DNA from: an uncultured Spirochaetota bacterium | Lineage (GTDB): Bacteria; Spirochaetota; Spirochaetia; SZUA-6; Fen-1364 | Assembly: GCA_963745235.1 (NCBI GenBank) | Contig: CAVUXE010000054.1 | Location: 1-64,000 of the forward strand | Reading direction: 5' to 3' | Length of the DNA stretch: 64,000 nucleotides | Shown: positions 1 to 9,183 of the stretch, in pieces | Position numbering within the stretch: the first letter of the stretch is position 1 | Layout: each line of letters starts with the position of its first letter | Notes under the pieces: model-generated | What the model saw: the letters and a program-made list of their open reading frames with translations, nothing else | Database searches by the model: none | What the model was told of the DNA's origin: nothing | Made by a program: the position numbers and the translations under genes

Positions 1-196
1 GACCGGCAGGCAATGGACGCGCCTTCCTATCCGCCGTTCCACTCACCCCTGTCTCCCCTGAAGCTCGGGGCGGGCGGCAAGCGCGAGCCGACGAAGCCTG
101 CTGCTTGGTTCCACGGCCTGTACGTCAAGGCCCTGGTGGGGGAGCCTTGCCGCGTCTCTTCCACTTCCGGCGCTGATTTCCAGCACTCGCTACGAA

Positions 197-473
197 GACG
201 CGATGCCCGCCTCCGCTCTCTCGTACCGGCGCGCCGCTTTATCCGCATAGCGAAAGGCTCTCCTGGGGCGTGCCCCGCACGAAAGGCTGGGTAGTTGCCG
301 CGGCTGCGCTTCCAGGGTGAGCGCACGGCCTCTCTCCCGGCGTGCAGGTCGGGCTGCTGCGGGGCTCTCGCTGTCTGCTTCGCTGCCAGCTGCCGCCCTA
401 GGGCTCCGCTTCGCTTCGGTCCTTCGGACCTCGGCGGTGCTTCGCCCCGCCTCGCCCTGCGCGTCCCTCACGC
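197..473 (+). repeat. Dispersed structured non-coding element, copy 1 (Flavo-1-like; longest copy)
   Basis: GGGGCGTGCCCCGCACGAA (265-283)...CCCGGCGTGCAGGTCGGG...CCCTCACGC (465-473) is shared with 7241-7377; the 5' part GACGCGATGCCCGC...CGTACCGGCGCG (197-283) is shared with 8691-8777. Confidence 0.75.
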
Positions 474-531
474 GGAAGCCAAGGCCCGCGTTGCGGTGCC
501 GAGCAAGGAGATCCTCACGACATCTCCCGTT

Positions 532-681
532 TCAAGCCTTCTCAGGCAGCTCTTGCGCCTCCCGCGAAAGTTGCGGAAGGTTGCGCTCGACAATGCCCCA
601 TACCAGCGCCGTTGATATGTCCGAATACCCATGCGCCAACCGGTTTCGAAAGTCTACGATATGACGAGCTGCTTTGGATGG
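532..681 (-). pseudogene. HepT/DUF86 HEPN toxin C-terminal remnant
   Basis: Manual translation (not in ORF track): ARHIVDFRNRLAHGYSDISTALVWGIVERNLPQLSREAQELPEKA*, with the HEPN RX4HXY motif. No N-terminal half or partner. Confidence 0.75.
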
Positions 682-843
682 GTAAATGCAAAAAAGGCAA
701 GTCAAACGGCTGCCAGCAAAGCAGCAATAGAGTTCCTGAGTCCCGACAAAAAGTAATCAGTGCAAGGCCACTTGTCGGGCTTCCGTCTCAGCTTCGTCTC
801 TTAAGAAAGTGCCCGGGTGCGTGCCTCCGGTGCACTATCAAGA

Positions 844-1254
844 TCAAGGAAAAGTGAGACTGACCGACGCGTCGCTAGAACCATTGGACGGCAGGTCAAC
901 ACTTGTCGATATTTCCCCGTAGCCCTGAAATCCGACGCTGAGTTTACCCCAGTAATCGGCCGTTATTGTGTAGCTCCCATCACGTAGCTTTTTGAACTCG
1001 GGAACATCGTACACGGCGTATCCGCCTCTCGAAATGCCGCTATAGTACCCGTTTGTAGTTCCAGCGTCGTTGCTGAGGGACACTACCACATAAGAAGCCG
1101 GATCCGTCGGAGCAGCATGGTCCGACAGCAAGACATTCACGGTCACTGTGATTGTGTCGTTCGCCAGGAGCGCAGATAGCAAATCGCAGCCCGATAAAAG
1201 GAACGCGGTACCTATAGCCAACAAAGTCAACGGAAGAAGCTTCCTAACCCGCAA
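844..1254 (-). CDS. Putative lipoprotein
   Basis: GGAGG 6 nt before TTG at 1254; basic N-terminus, hydrophobic stretch, lipobox LLSG-C; beta-rich mature region. Confidence 0.7.
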   Translation of the reverse strand: MRVRKLLPLTLLAIGTAFLLSGCDLLSALLANDTITVTVNVLLSDHAAPTDPASYVVVSLSNDAGTTNGYYSGISRGGYAVYDVPEFKKLRDGSYTITADYWGKLSVGFQGYGEISTSVDLPSNGSSDASVSLTFP

Positions 1255-1323
1255 GTCGGTCCTCCAGAAGGAATACTTAGCTCGCCGAAGGGAAGATTTC
1301 ATGGGAAGCGCAATAGCAGGACC

Positions 1324-1425
1324 ATTTGACGCCGAGTTGAGCTGCGCCGCCGAATCACTATCGCGAAGCGAACCCCGGCAACGAAGAAGACCACCCGAGG
1401 CGACAGCTACAACGAGAAGTTAGAC
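1324..1425 (+). other. Degenerate integron attC site
   Basis: R'' ATTTGAC (one mismatch to RYYYAAC), left arm GTTGAGCTGCGCC, right arm GGCGACAGCTACAAC, R' GTTAGAC. The arms pair with two single extrahelical bases on the bottom strand; 102 bp. Confidence 0.65.
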
Positions 1426-1427
1426 AC

Positions 1428-1529
1428 GGCCTGGCCGTCATGGCGGAGCAGGTGATGGAGGCCAACGTCTTTGAGCCCGCGCTGTTTCTGTTCTGCAACA
1501 GCAGGCGACGCATTCTGAAGGCGTTGTAC
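1428..1529 (+). pseudogene. IS66-family TnpB accessory protein fragment
   Basis: GLAVMAEQVMEANVFEPALFLFCNSRRRILKALY resembles the IS66 TnpB core (GLA.LV......PF...LFLF.NRRR..LK.LYWD); truncated on both sides. Confidence 0.6.
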
Positions 1530-1625
1530 TCGAGGCCTGACGAAGGCTACGATAGAGGATATTGTCGTTCCGGCACACTGAAACCGCAAAGAAGCCAATC
1601 CGACCATGGGGCCTCGGCGTCCTAT

Positions 1626-1784
1626 GATTGGGAGAAGCTGCTGGCACACGCGGCCATCCTCCAAGCAAAAGTTCCGTGCGCTATCCTGGTGGGTGGGACC
1701 GCGGCCGCACTCCACGCCGGCCATCGCATTTCTTTCGATCGCGATCATGTCCTGAAGGATCTGGTCACGCATTACGACAAAGCG
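1626..1784 (+). pseudogene. AbiEii/AbiGii-type nucleotidyltransferase toxin N-terminal fragment
   Basis: ILVGGTAAALHAGHRISFDRDH matches the AbiEii motif GGTA.AL...HR.S.D.D; truncated and fused in frame to the IS66 fragment. Confidence 0.6.
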
Positions 1785-1827
1785 ATGCCGCGCTCGAGTC
1801 AAGAAGATCGGCGCCGTTGGAACCTGG

Positions 1828-2050
1828 TTGGAACATATTGAGGCGGACCTCCGCGGGACTATCGGTGGCTGCTACCGGGCGCTCTTTCGCTCCGTGAACA
1901 GTCGTCCCTTGATTGCCGCCATGATGCGACGTGACCGGCGCGTGGTCGGCAACTATCTGCGCAAGCGAGACAACCTCTTTGCCCGAATGGAGACCGGGGT
2001 GAACACTTCCGATTTCTTTCGGGCGCTGCAAGCGGCGGGGGTGATTCGGT
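1828..2050 (+). pseudogene. Possible TetR-family regulator C-terminal fragment
   Basis: LEHIEAD..GTIGG.YRALFRSVNSRPLIAAMMRRDRRVVGNYLRK reads as a helical ligand-binding domain; no HTH present; weak recognition. Confidence 0.3.
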
Positions 2051-2188
2051 TGGATTGCCGGAAGATGGCGGCAACAGCCAGGCAGGTAAAGCCATCTTTC
2101 GGCAAACTACCACTGCGGCACGGGCGCAGATGGAGCGGATCAAACACGCAAAGGACACAACGCAGACGGATACACCAGGGAGCGATCA

Positions 2189-3020
2189 ATGACAACCGAT
2201 AGGATCCATTTTACGAAAGAAAAAGAAACGATGCTCATGACCTTGAGCGGTCGAGCGATTCAGAGCCAGTGGCAGAATCCCATCCTCCGTGATCCCTGGG
2301 CTGAAGAAGCGATGCGACATATCGATTACGACATCGGCAAGCACTCCAGGGGAGTGGGCACGTGGAGCATGTGGAGCAAGGTCGGATGCACCATCATCGC
2401 CACGCGCGCCGCCCCTTGATCTGCTCACGAACCGCTACCTGGCCGATCACCCGGATGCGACCGTGCTGCACCTGGGCTGCGGTATGGATAGCCGCATTTT
2501 CCGTGTCGATCCGCCGGTCACTGCCCAATGGTTCGACGTGGACTACCCCGATGTGATCGAACTGCGCCGTCAACTGTTTCCCGATCGCGGCGCCTATCGC
2601 CTGGTCGGCGCAGGGCTGGAGGATTTGCGCTGGTTGGATGGGGTTCCAGCGGACCGGCCCGGGCTGCTTATTGCCGAGGGGGTTTTGCACTACCTGAGCG
2701 AAGCCGAAGTGAAAGCGCTCCTCAATACGGTGGTCGCCCACTTCCCCATCGGGCAGATGATTTTCGATATATGCAATCCGTGGATTGTGAAAAGAGCGGG
2801 CTCAAACGTCGGGGGCACCGGTGCTACCTACCGGTGGGGGCTTGATGATCCCCGAGACATCAAGCAGCTGGAGCCGAAGCTCGAGCTGATCAAGGAGTTC
2901 AGACCAAGCGAGCTGGTCGCGTTTTCCCGGTTCCCGTTCTGGTGGCGCGCCATGAATCGCCTGATGGAGGCCAGTTCCACACTGCGCAGGATGGAACGTA
3001 TCGTGGTCTACCGCTATTAG
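2189..3020 (+). CDS. Class I SAM-dependent methyltransferase (LCM/TcmP-like), frameshift near 2412
   Basis: ETMLMTLSGRA...LRDPWA (2189-2419) continues as VLHLGCGMDSR...WFDVDYPDVIELRRQL...IAEGVLHYL (to 3020). Confidence 0.85.
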
Positions 3021-3056
3021 GACGCAAGTTATGGTGCTCCTCTGCTCTTCCCAGGC

Positions 3057-3206
3057 TCAGGCCACTTGGTTGAACGACTGTCTGAACTCCACCACTTCCG
3101 CAACAGGTGTGTCCCGGTCACTGATGACGATTCGGGCTCCTTTCCTAACCCGTCGGAGTTGCTCAGAGATATGCGCCTTGAAGTAGGAAATCGTCATGGT
3201 CTTCAT
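3057..3206 (-). pseudogene. Phd/YefM antitoxin, 49 aa, probably truncated, no toxin
   Basis: Manual translation: MKTMTISYFKAHISEQLRRVRKGARIVISDRDTPVAEVVEFRQSFNQVA*, a typical Phd N-terminal domain. Confidence 0.75.
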
Positions 3207-3297
3207 GAGACCAATCCGGTCATATTGGCTCTTAAGTCAAGCGACATAACAAAAAGATACGGCTGAGGCCCCGCCGAAGTCCGAAGCCCTGAATGAG

Positions 3298-3327
3298 ATT
3301 GACAGTAATGCTGTCAATATCTATCAT
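3298..3327 (+). promoter_or_regulatory. Sigma70 promoter with MarR operator
   Basis: TTGACA (3299-3304), 17 bp, TATCAT (3322-3327), ATG 6 nt later; perfect 8-bp inverted repeat ATTGACAG-N5-CTGTCAAT over the -35. Confidence 0.8.
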
Positions 3328-3333
3328 ACCCGT

Positions 3334-4083
3334 ATGAGGTCACTTGGAAGGCCGGATGATCCACCCAGCAGGTTCGCGTTGGCCATATTCTGGATAAACG
3401 GCCTGCTCATGCGCAGCGGCGAAAAGATCACCAGGAGTCTTGGCCTCAGCAGTGCCAAATGGCAGGTCCTTGGACGGGCAGGGTACGAACCACAGCCGGT
3501 TGCGCAGATGGCCCGCGACATGGGTCTCGCGCGGCAGAGTGTGCAGCGTGTCGCCAACGTGTTGGTGAAACAGGGGCTCGTTACTTACAAGGACAACCCA
3601 ACCGATCGCAGAGCACAACTTGTCGAACTTACGGGACAAGGTAGAAAAACTCTCGCTGCCATCTACCGGCTAAACGCGGAGTGGTCAGATCGAATGGGAG
3701 CGAAACTCGATCTTCGACGATTGGCTAAAGTCACGGCTGAACTGGAACGCGCTGGCCAGATCTTGGAAGCGGACGAACAAACCATGATGCGGGAGGAGAC
3801 CGTGGTAGGCAAGACATTCAGAGCGACAATTCGGAAGGATGATAAAAAGGGCGGCTGGACCTACGTGATATGGCCAGAATCCGCGGAGTTTCTAGGGACG
3901 CGCAAAGCGGCAAAAGTAAACGGCACCGTCGACGGTTATGCCTTTCAAGCCACCTTCCTGCCGATGGGCGACGGCACACATATGTTGCCAATAAAGGCGG
4001 CAATCTTGAAAGCTATCAAGAAGGGGGCAGGCGACACAGCTGAAATTTGTGTGTCGGAGAGATCGGAACCCGCAGCTAGATGA
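3334..4083 (+). CDS. MarR-family regulator fused to a DUF1905-like domain
   Basis: N-terminal wHTH (AQMARDMGLARQSVQRVAN..NPTDRRAQLVELT); C-terminal GGWTYVIWPES..GTVDG..F.PMGDGTHMLP typical of DUF1905. Confidence 0.8.
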   Translation: MRSLGRPDDPPSRFALAIFWINGLLMRSGEKITRSLGLSSAKWQVLGRAGYEPQPVAQMARDMGLARQSVQRVANVLVKQGLVTYKDNPTDRRAQLVELTGQGRKTLAAIYRLNAEWSDRMGAKLDLRRLAKVTAELERAGQILEADEQTMMREETVVGKTFRATIRKDDKKGGWTYVIWPESAEFLGTRKAAKVNGTVDGYAFQATFLPMGDGTHMLPIKAAILKAIKKGAGDTAEICVSERSEPAAR

Positions 4084-4092
4084 AATGGCAAT

Positions 4093-5817
4093 CAGGCTGT
4101 CGAAAAAACCAGTTTCCTTGAGGAAAATCATTGTTTGGCGCGACGGCAGGATGTAAAATGAGGAGTCGAATCCGCCATTCGTGAAGCACGGGAGGGACTT
4201 CATCCCGGCATTCCTCATTCCGAATCGATCCCAGATGCTGCTGCTGACACAGGTTGACCTTTCGACTGTCGCTCCCGAGGGGAGCGCGGTGCATATCATC
4301 AACGACCTGGTGGATTCTTTGGACACCCGTGCAATTGAAGAATCCTATGAAGTGGACTCCGACAATGGACGCCCCCCTTTTCATCCAAAAACCCTTCTGA
4401 AAGTCGCTCTGTTGGCACTTCACAGCTGCCGGTTCTCGCTGCGGAAGATGGAAGAAGACACGATCAACAACCTGGCCTACAAATGGTTGACCGGCGATAT
4501 GACCATCGATCATTCCACGATGGGACTTTTTCTGGCGCGGTTTGCCGGGGAAATCGTGGAGTTGTTCAGCCAAGTGGTTGCGAGCTGTGCGGAGCAGAAT
4601 CTGATCGAGTTCGACCTTCTGGCCATCGACAGCGTCAAGTTACGGGCGAATGCCAACTACAAGCAGAGCAAGACCCTTGAGGGGATCAAGAAGGAAGAGA
4701 ACAAGATTGCACAACGCCTGAAGGAGGTGCTGGAGACCGCCTCGGATGAGAAGAGCGCTGAGGCGGAGGAAGTTCTGGCGTTGAAACGGCGCGCGGAAAG
4801 GGTGCGGGAAGCCAGGAAGATTCTCCTGGAACGATTGGCAGAGAAAAGCCGCGAGGCAAGCGAGAAGAAGAAGCAAGAGCTTGTTGAAAAGGAGAAGGTC
4901 AACATCACCGACCCGGACGCGCATATCATGCAACAGGCGAATGGGGAGAGGAATCCAGCGTTTTCGATCACCACAACGACGGATGTGGGACACGATATTG
5001 TGACACATTTCCAAGTGAATGCTGAGGATAATGATGCGGCGGCGTTGCCTGAGGCGATCGAGGGCAGCCGTCAGAACACAGGGGAAAAGCACCAGGAGGT
5101 CGAAGCGGACGCCGGATTTGCCAGCATGGAGAACTATGAGAAGCTGGAATTGGATGGGCAGGAGGCACTGATCCCCGATCTGCGCATGGAAGTGGAGGAA
5201 AACGGGACGACGGCGAAAGGGGACTATGATCGTTCGAAGTTCAGCTTTCGAGCGAAGAGCGACAGCTATCGTTGTCCGAGCGGATGGATATTGAGGAATA
5301 CAGGTTCTGTTGAAACTGAGGGCCGGATTTATGACCGCTACGAGAATCCGAGCGCTTGTGCCAGGTGTGTCGTTCGGAGCAGATGCACGAAGGGGACGCA
5401 CCGGCGGGTGTTCCGGGATCAGAATGAAGAGGTTCGCGAACGGATGCGGACGAAGCTTGATAAGAAGAAGGTCACAGGGGCAGGTACAACAAGCGCGCGC
5501 ACGCTGCAGAGTCGCCGTTCGGCAACCTTAAATGGAACCTGAAGTTCCGCGCGGTGATGCGCAGGGGGATAGAGAAAGGTGCGAATGGAGGCAGCGCTGT
5601 TGTTCATGCTGCACAACTTCATGAAGATGGCGCCAGCGCCTGGTTAATTTCTAGAGGGATCGCGGAGAGCCGCCGGGAGGGGCACACGAAAGGCTGGAAT
5701 GGAGCATAGCTGTGAGAATCACGGGCGGACTGCTTACCGCCATCGAGTATTCGTTACACGCCTGCGATCACGATGCACCCCCCGGCCCACGTGCGCATCG
5801 GTTTTTTCGACAGCCTG
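4093..5817 (+). mobile_element. IS1182-family insertion sequence
   Basis: Perfect 18-bp terminal inverted repeats CAGGCTGTCGAAAAAACC (4093-4110) and GGTTTTTTCGACAGCCTG (5800-5817); AAT flanks both ends (possible target duplication). Confidence 0.9.
4181..5647 (+). CDS. IS1182 transposase, two frameshifts near the 3' end
   Basis: GRPPFHPKTLLK, AIDSVKLRANA, TDPDA, ADAGF; C-terminus AESPFGNLK...LHNFMK continues in other frames to TAA at 5647. Confidence 0.88.
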
Positions 5818-5881
5818 AATGGAGTGTTTCGACGAATATTCTCCGCCTTTTGCTGAATAAGGGTTTGCAAGGAGGAAGGTC

Positions 5882-6829
5882 ATGGGTGTAGCTCTGATCG
5901 CCCTGGCGGGAATCGCTTTAGTTATGGTGGTCTATTTCGGAATTAGATTTGAATTGGGTCCCCGGCCCGTCCAACACGAGGTAGCTCCGGACTCCGACGT
6001 CAAGTTCATCTATGCCAACGGTATCAAATTCGGTTACATCGAGAATGGCAAGGGTCCGCTTGTCCTGCTTTTTCACGGGTACCCTGAGACGGCACGGTCC
6101 TGGCGTGAGATCCAGGCTCGACTCTCCTCTGAGGGCTATCACGTTGTGGTTCCATTCCTGCGAGGGTATCCTCCAACTTCGTCTCCTGCCGATGGCGATT
6201 ATCGCGGACAGGTATTGGGCCAAGACATTCTCGCGCTTATCGACGCTTTCAAGGTCGGGACCGCTATTGTTGTCGGCCACGATTGGGGGGCATCGGCTGC
6301 CTATATCGCAGCGACTAAGAAACCGGAGAAGATCGAGAAGCTCGTGGCCATTTCCATGCCGCACCCCAGGGGATTCGAGGGTGCAGTGAAATTCTTTCTC
6401 TCTGCTCCCCACTTCCTCTATTACCAGTTGCCCTGGGCGCGCCGAATTGTTTGGAGCCGCGATTTTGCTCATATTCGACGGCTCTATCGAAAATGCGCGC
6501 CGAACTATCGACCATCGGCCGAGGTCCTCGAGGAAATCAAATCGACCCTGAAGAAACCCGGAGCTCTTGAAGGAGCCCTCGGCTATTACTGGTCGGCCTT
6601 CAAGGGAAGGCAGAGCGAAGTCTCAGGTGGTGACTCAATCTCCGTTCCGTCGCTCGTGATCGCGGGTTCAGACGACGGACCGATTGACATTGCGATGTTT
6701 GCCAAAGCTCGCCCTGCATTTACTGGTCCCTATTCCTTTGTGGAGCTCGCTACCGGCCATTTCCCACAGCTGGAAGCCCCGGAAGAAGTAGCGGGCGCCA
6801 TTCTGTCCTTTCTCAAAGAAACCGGGTGA
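5882..6829 (+). CDS. Alpha/beta hydrolase (epoxide hydrolase-like) with N-terminal membrane anchor
   Basis: HGYPE, GHDWGA nucleophile motif, GHFPQLEAPEEV; GGAGG RBS. Confidence 0.9.
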   Translation: MGVALIALAGIALVMVVYFGIRFELGPRPVQHEVAPDSDVKFIYANGIKFGYIENGKGPLVLLFHGYPETARSWREIQARLSSEGYHVVVPFLRGYPPTSSPADGDYRGQVLGQDILALIDAFKVGTAIVVGHDWGASAAYIAATKKPEKIEKLVAISMPHPRGFEGAVKFFLSAPHFLYYQLPWARRIVWSRDFAHIRRLYRKCAPNYRPSAEVLEEIKSTLKKPGALEGALGYYWSAFKGRQSEVSGGDSISVPSLVIAGSDDGPIDIAMFAKARPAFTGPYSFVELATGHFPQLEAPEEVAGAILSFLKETG

Positions 6830-6866
6830 ATCACGAACCGGACGTAGCTACAAGATACGTCTTACG

Positions 6867-7010
6867 GCGGTCGTGAACATACTGTTGGATGCCTGGGCGG
6901 CGGTCGGGCAACCTGCGTTCGTTACGTCCACGGTGGAGCAGATCACGGGAAAACCTGCGTGGACCTTTGGGAATTGGGTTGCAAACAACGTTTCGGATTT
7001 TATGGGATGA
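6867..7010 (+). pseudogene. NmrA/SDR-family C-terminal remnant
   Basis: Manual translation: VVNILLDAWAAVGQPAFVTSTVEQITGKPAWTFGNWVANNVSDFMG*, resembling the TVE.ITG.P..TF..W tail of NmrA-like proteins. Confidence 0.55.
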
Positions 7011-7189
7011 AGTTGCCAGGTGGATTGCGTCCAGCGTTCCGATCACGGTAGGGAATGGACTAGCGGCGCGCTGCTTGACCGCCGGTCCCATTTCGATCAG
7101 GGAGAGCCGTTCCAAAAGAGTCTCCAGCAAGCTTACAGACTCAGCGTACTGCTGGTCCAGAAGGGAGGCCATTCAGTCATAGTCTTCAT
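7011..7189 (-). pseudogene. Internally deleted phd-vapC module (first 5 antitoxin codons joined to a PIN toxin fragment)
   Basis: MKTMT start matches 3193-3213 at 20 of 21 nt; followed by LERLSLIEMGPAVKQRAASPFPTVIGTLDAIHLAT (PIN LDAIHLA motif). Confidence 0.65.
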
Positions 7190-7240
7190 GAGACCAGATT
7201 CACGGCCGGCAAAGTCGAGCCGATTGCGCTTACGCTCTTG

Positions 7241-7377
7241 GGGGCGTGCCCCGCACGAACCGCCGGCCGCTGGCGCGTCGCTGCGCTTCCCGGGTGCGCG
7301 CAGGGCTTCTGCCCCGGCGTGCAGGTCGGGTGCTCCGCTCCAACGCCTTTCGGCGTTTCCGCTGCGCCCCCTCACGC
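7241..7377 (+). ncRNA. Flavo-1-like structured element, copy 2
   Basis: Closing stem GCGTG/CACGC, inner stem GCACG/CGTGC, GGTCGGG linker, TCCGCT/TCCGCT internal loop, hairpin AACGCC-TTTC-GGCGTT. Confidence 0.55.
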
Positions 7378-7497
7378 AGAAGGTGAGCAGCGGCTTTGAC
7401 CCACTAAGAGCAAACGGCCTCCCGCATGGGAAACGCTCCGATTGGTTGTCACTTGTCCCGGAAACATGCACGCGGTACGATAGTTGCATGTCCAAGC

Positions 7498-7629
7498 ACA
7501 GGTGAGACTCTGGAGGAATGCAGGAAGAACCTGGCCGACGCAATCGCGCTCATCCTGCAAGACCGCAGGGAGGATGCTGAGTGAGGCCTGCCAGCTGATG
7601 CCGTACAGGATGTAGTCAGCCTCTCGTGA
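7498..7629 (+). pseudogene. HicB antitoxin remnant
   Basis: Manual translation: GETLEECRKNLADAIALILQDRREDAE*GLPADAVQDVVSLS*; HicB motif G.TLEE...NL.EAI with an internal TGA at 7582. Confidence 0.75.
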
Positions 7630-7754
7630 ACAGTTCGTCCCTTGATCGCCGCCATGGCCAGCATGCCACCCACGTGTGCGAAAGCTTCCCCCGCCTCGCC
7701 GGCTCCACCTCTGGAGTCTCATGGCAGGCTGAGGCAATGTCCGTTCTCGTCCGC

Positions 7755-7952
7755 TTAGCCCACTTTCTCGAATCCGACCTGTGCCAGATCCAAGTTCTTT
7801 GAGGCATTCATAATCTCGATGCCAACAATTTTGTCCTCTTTGCCGACATCCAGGACAATATCCTCTGCTACTCTTTTGTTCATGACCTCTTGCGGGCGAG
7901 GATCAAGGCGTAGATACAAAAGATCTGCCTGCTCGTCATATTCGATTTTCAT
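7755..7952 (-). CDS. DUF2283 protein (putative antitoxin)
   Basis: MKIEYDEQADLLYLRL...IVLDV.....IVGIEIMNAS. Confidence 0.85.
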   Translation of the reverse strand: MKIEYDEQADLLYLRLDPRPQEVMNKRVAEDIVLDVGKEDKIVGIEIMNASKNLDLAQVGFEKVG

Positions 7953-8217
7953 ATAGAGACTCCCATTTGCCATAGAAAACATACACAGTTATGGTCGAGA
8001 TGACATCCCCCTCGATGACGAAATACACCTCGACTCTTTTCTGCGAATACCACCTCCCAGAGCGATAACCGTCGTAGTCGAAGATCTTTGCCTTGCCCAA
8101 TCTGCCAAACTTTGCCGGCGTTGGGCACCCAGACTTCAGAACTTCCCTGATTTCAGATTCATCAGCCCCTCTCTCACGCGCGCGTTGCAGCGTATGGCTT
8201 GTAATCTGGACTCTCAT
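7936..8217 (-). CDS. DUF4258 protein (putative RelE-like toxin)
   Basis: ITSHTLQRARERG..E.EI.EVL...ITVY; overlaps the DUF2283 gene, the usual pairing. Confidence 0.8.
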   Translation of the reverse strand: MRVQITSHTLQRARERGADESEIREVLKSGCPTPAKFGRLGKAKIFDYDGYRSGRWYSQKRVEVYFVIEGDVISTITVYVFYGKWESLYENRI

Positions 8218-8410
8218 TCCTCGGGCGCCTCCACTCAATAACGCGCGGAAGTGCCATCACGCTTGACTACACGCCAGAAGTGGGCCCCGGTCTGACCTTT
8301 CGTCTATCCCGGCTCCCACTTCTCCGCGCCCCTGGCGGAAGCGGTGTATTCGACCGCCTCCAGGAGGCCGCCAAAAAGCGCCCGCTCCCAATTCCCTCCA
8401 GGATCTCTGG

Positions 8411-8657
8411 GCCTACTCGCTGTCCGGCGAGTGCCCACCGCGCTTTCCGGCTCGCCCTACGCTATCGGCTCCGCGGGAAATCCGGACGGTGTGGCGATCA
8501 GCCCCGACGGGAACTACTTCCAGGTTACAAATAACGGCAGCGGCACCACCGACGGCCTTTCTGCCTACTCGCTGTCCAGCGGGGTGCCCACCGCGCTTTC
8601 CAGCTCGCCCTACGCCACCGGCCCCGCGGACATCCGATCGGTGTGGCGATCAGCCCG
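8411..8657 (+). pseudogene. Beta-propeller (lactonase-like) remnant, two blades at ~152-bp period
   Basis: AYSLS.GVPTALS.SPYA.G.....P.GVAISPDG repeated at 8411-8505 and 8563-8657, with indels. Confidence 0.6.
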
Positions 8658-8690
8658 TAAAACAGCCACGCCAGCCGCTCTGGGAACAAG

Positions 8691-8777
8691 GACGCGATGC
8701 CCGCGCCCCCTCCCCCGTACCGGCGCGTCGCCTTTTTCGCATGGCGGAGGGTCCGGCTGGGCGTGCCCCGCACGAAA
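8691..8777 (+). repeat. Dispersed element, copy 3 (5' part only)
   Basis: GACGCGATGCCCGC..CGTACCGGCGCG..CGCAT.GCG..GGGCGTGCCCCGCACGAAA aligns with 197-284. Confidence 0.75.
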
Positions 8778-9183
8778 TTGCCCTTCGGGTCCATGGTCAC
8801 CAATCAGGCAAGTCGTATTAGGGAGAATGCCTCGGTTGGGCGGCGTGGATGCGGGCTATTCTTCGCGCTTCATCCGCTCCCGACACCTGATCTCTGGCTT
8901 GCTGGGTTGAATACCGAGCGCGCCGTCGACGATCTTGATCTCGCCGTCGCGCTCGTAGTGGCCGATAGGACGCCGGTGGACGAAACGCGCGAGCGGGTCA
9001 GCGTGAACGAATGCAGCGCCGAGCCGTCCGCGAACAGCTTCTTGCCGCCGGGCTTGAGAACGCGCACAAGGCATGCGAAGGGGAGCAAGAAGCGGCGCAT
9101 CAAAACCCCAGTCGCCGTGTCGGCGCGCCAACTCCCGAACCCGTGATAGATGAGAGCGTTCCAAGGCGTCGCCTCAGGAGCGC

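Noticed and set aside
8856-9164. Short ORFs between repeat copy 3 and the esterase
   Set aside because: Only an RVLKPGG fragment hints at a methyltransferase remnant; not enough to call.
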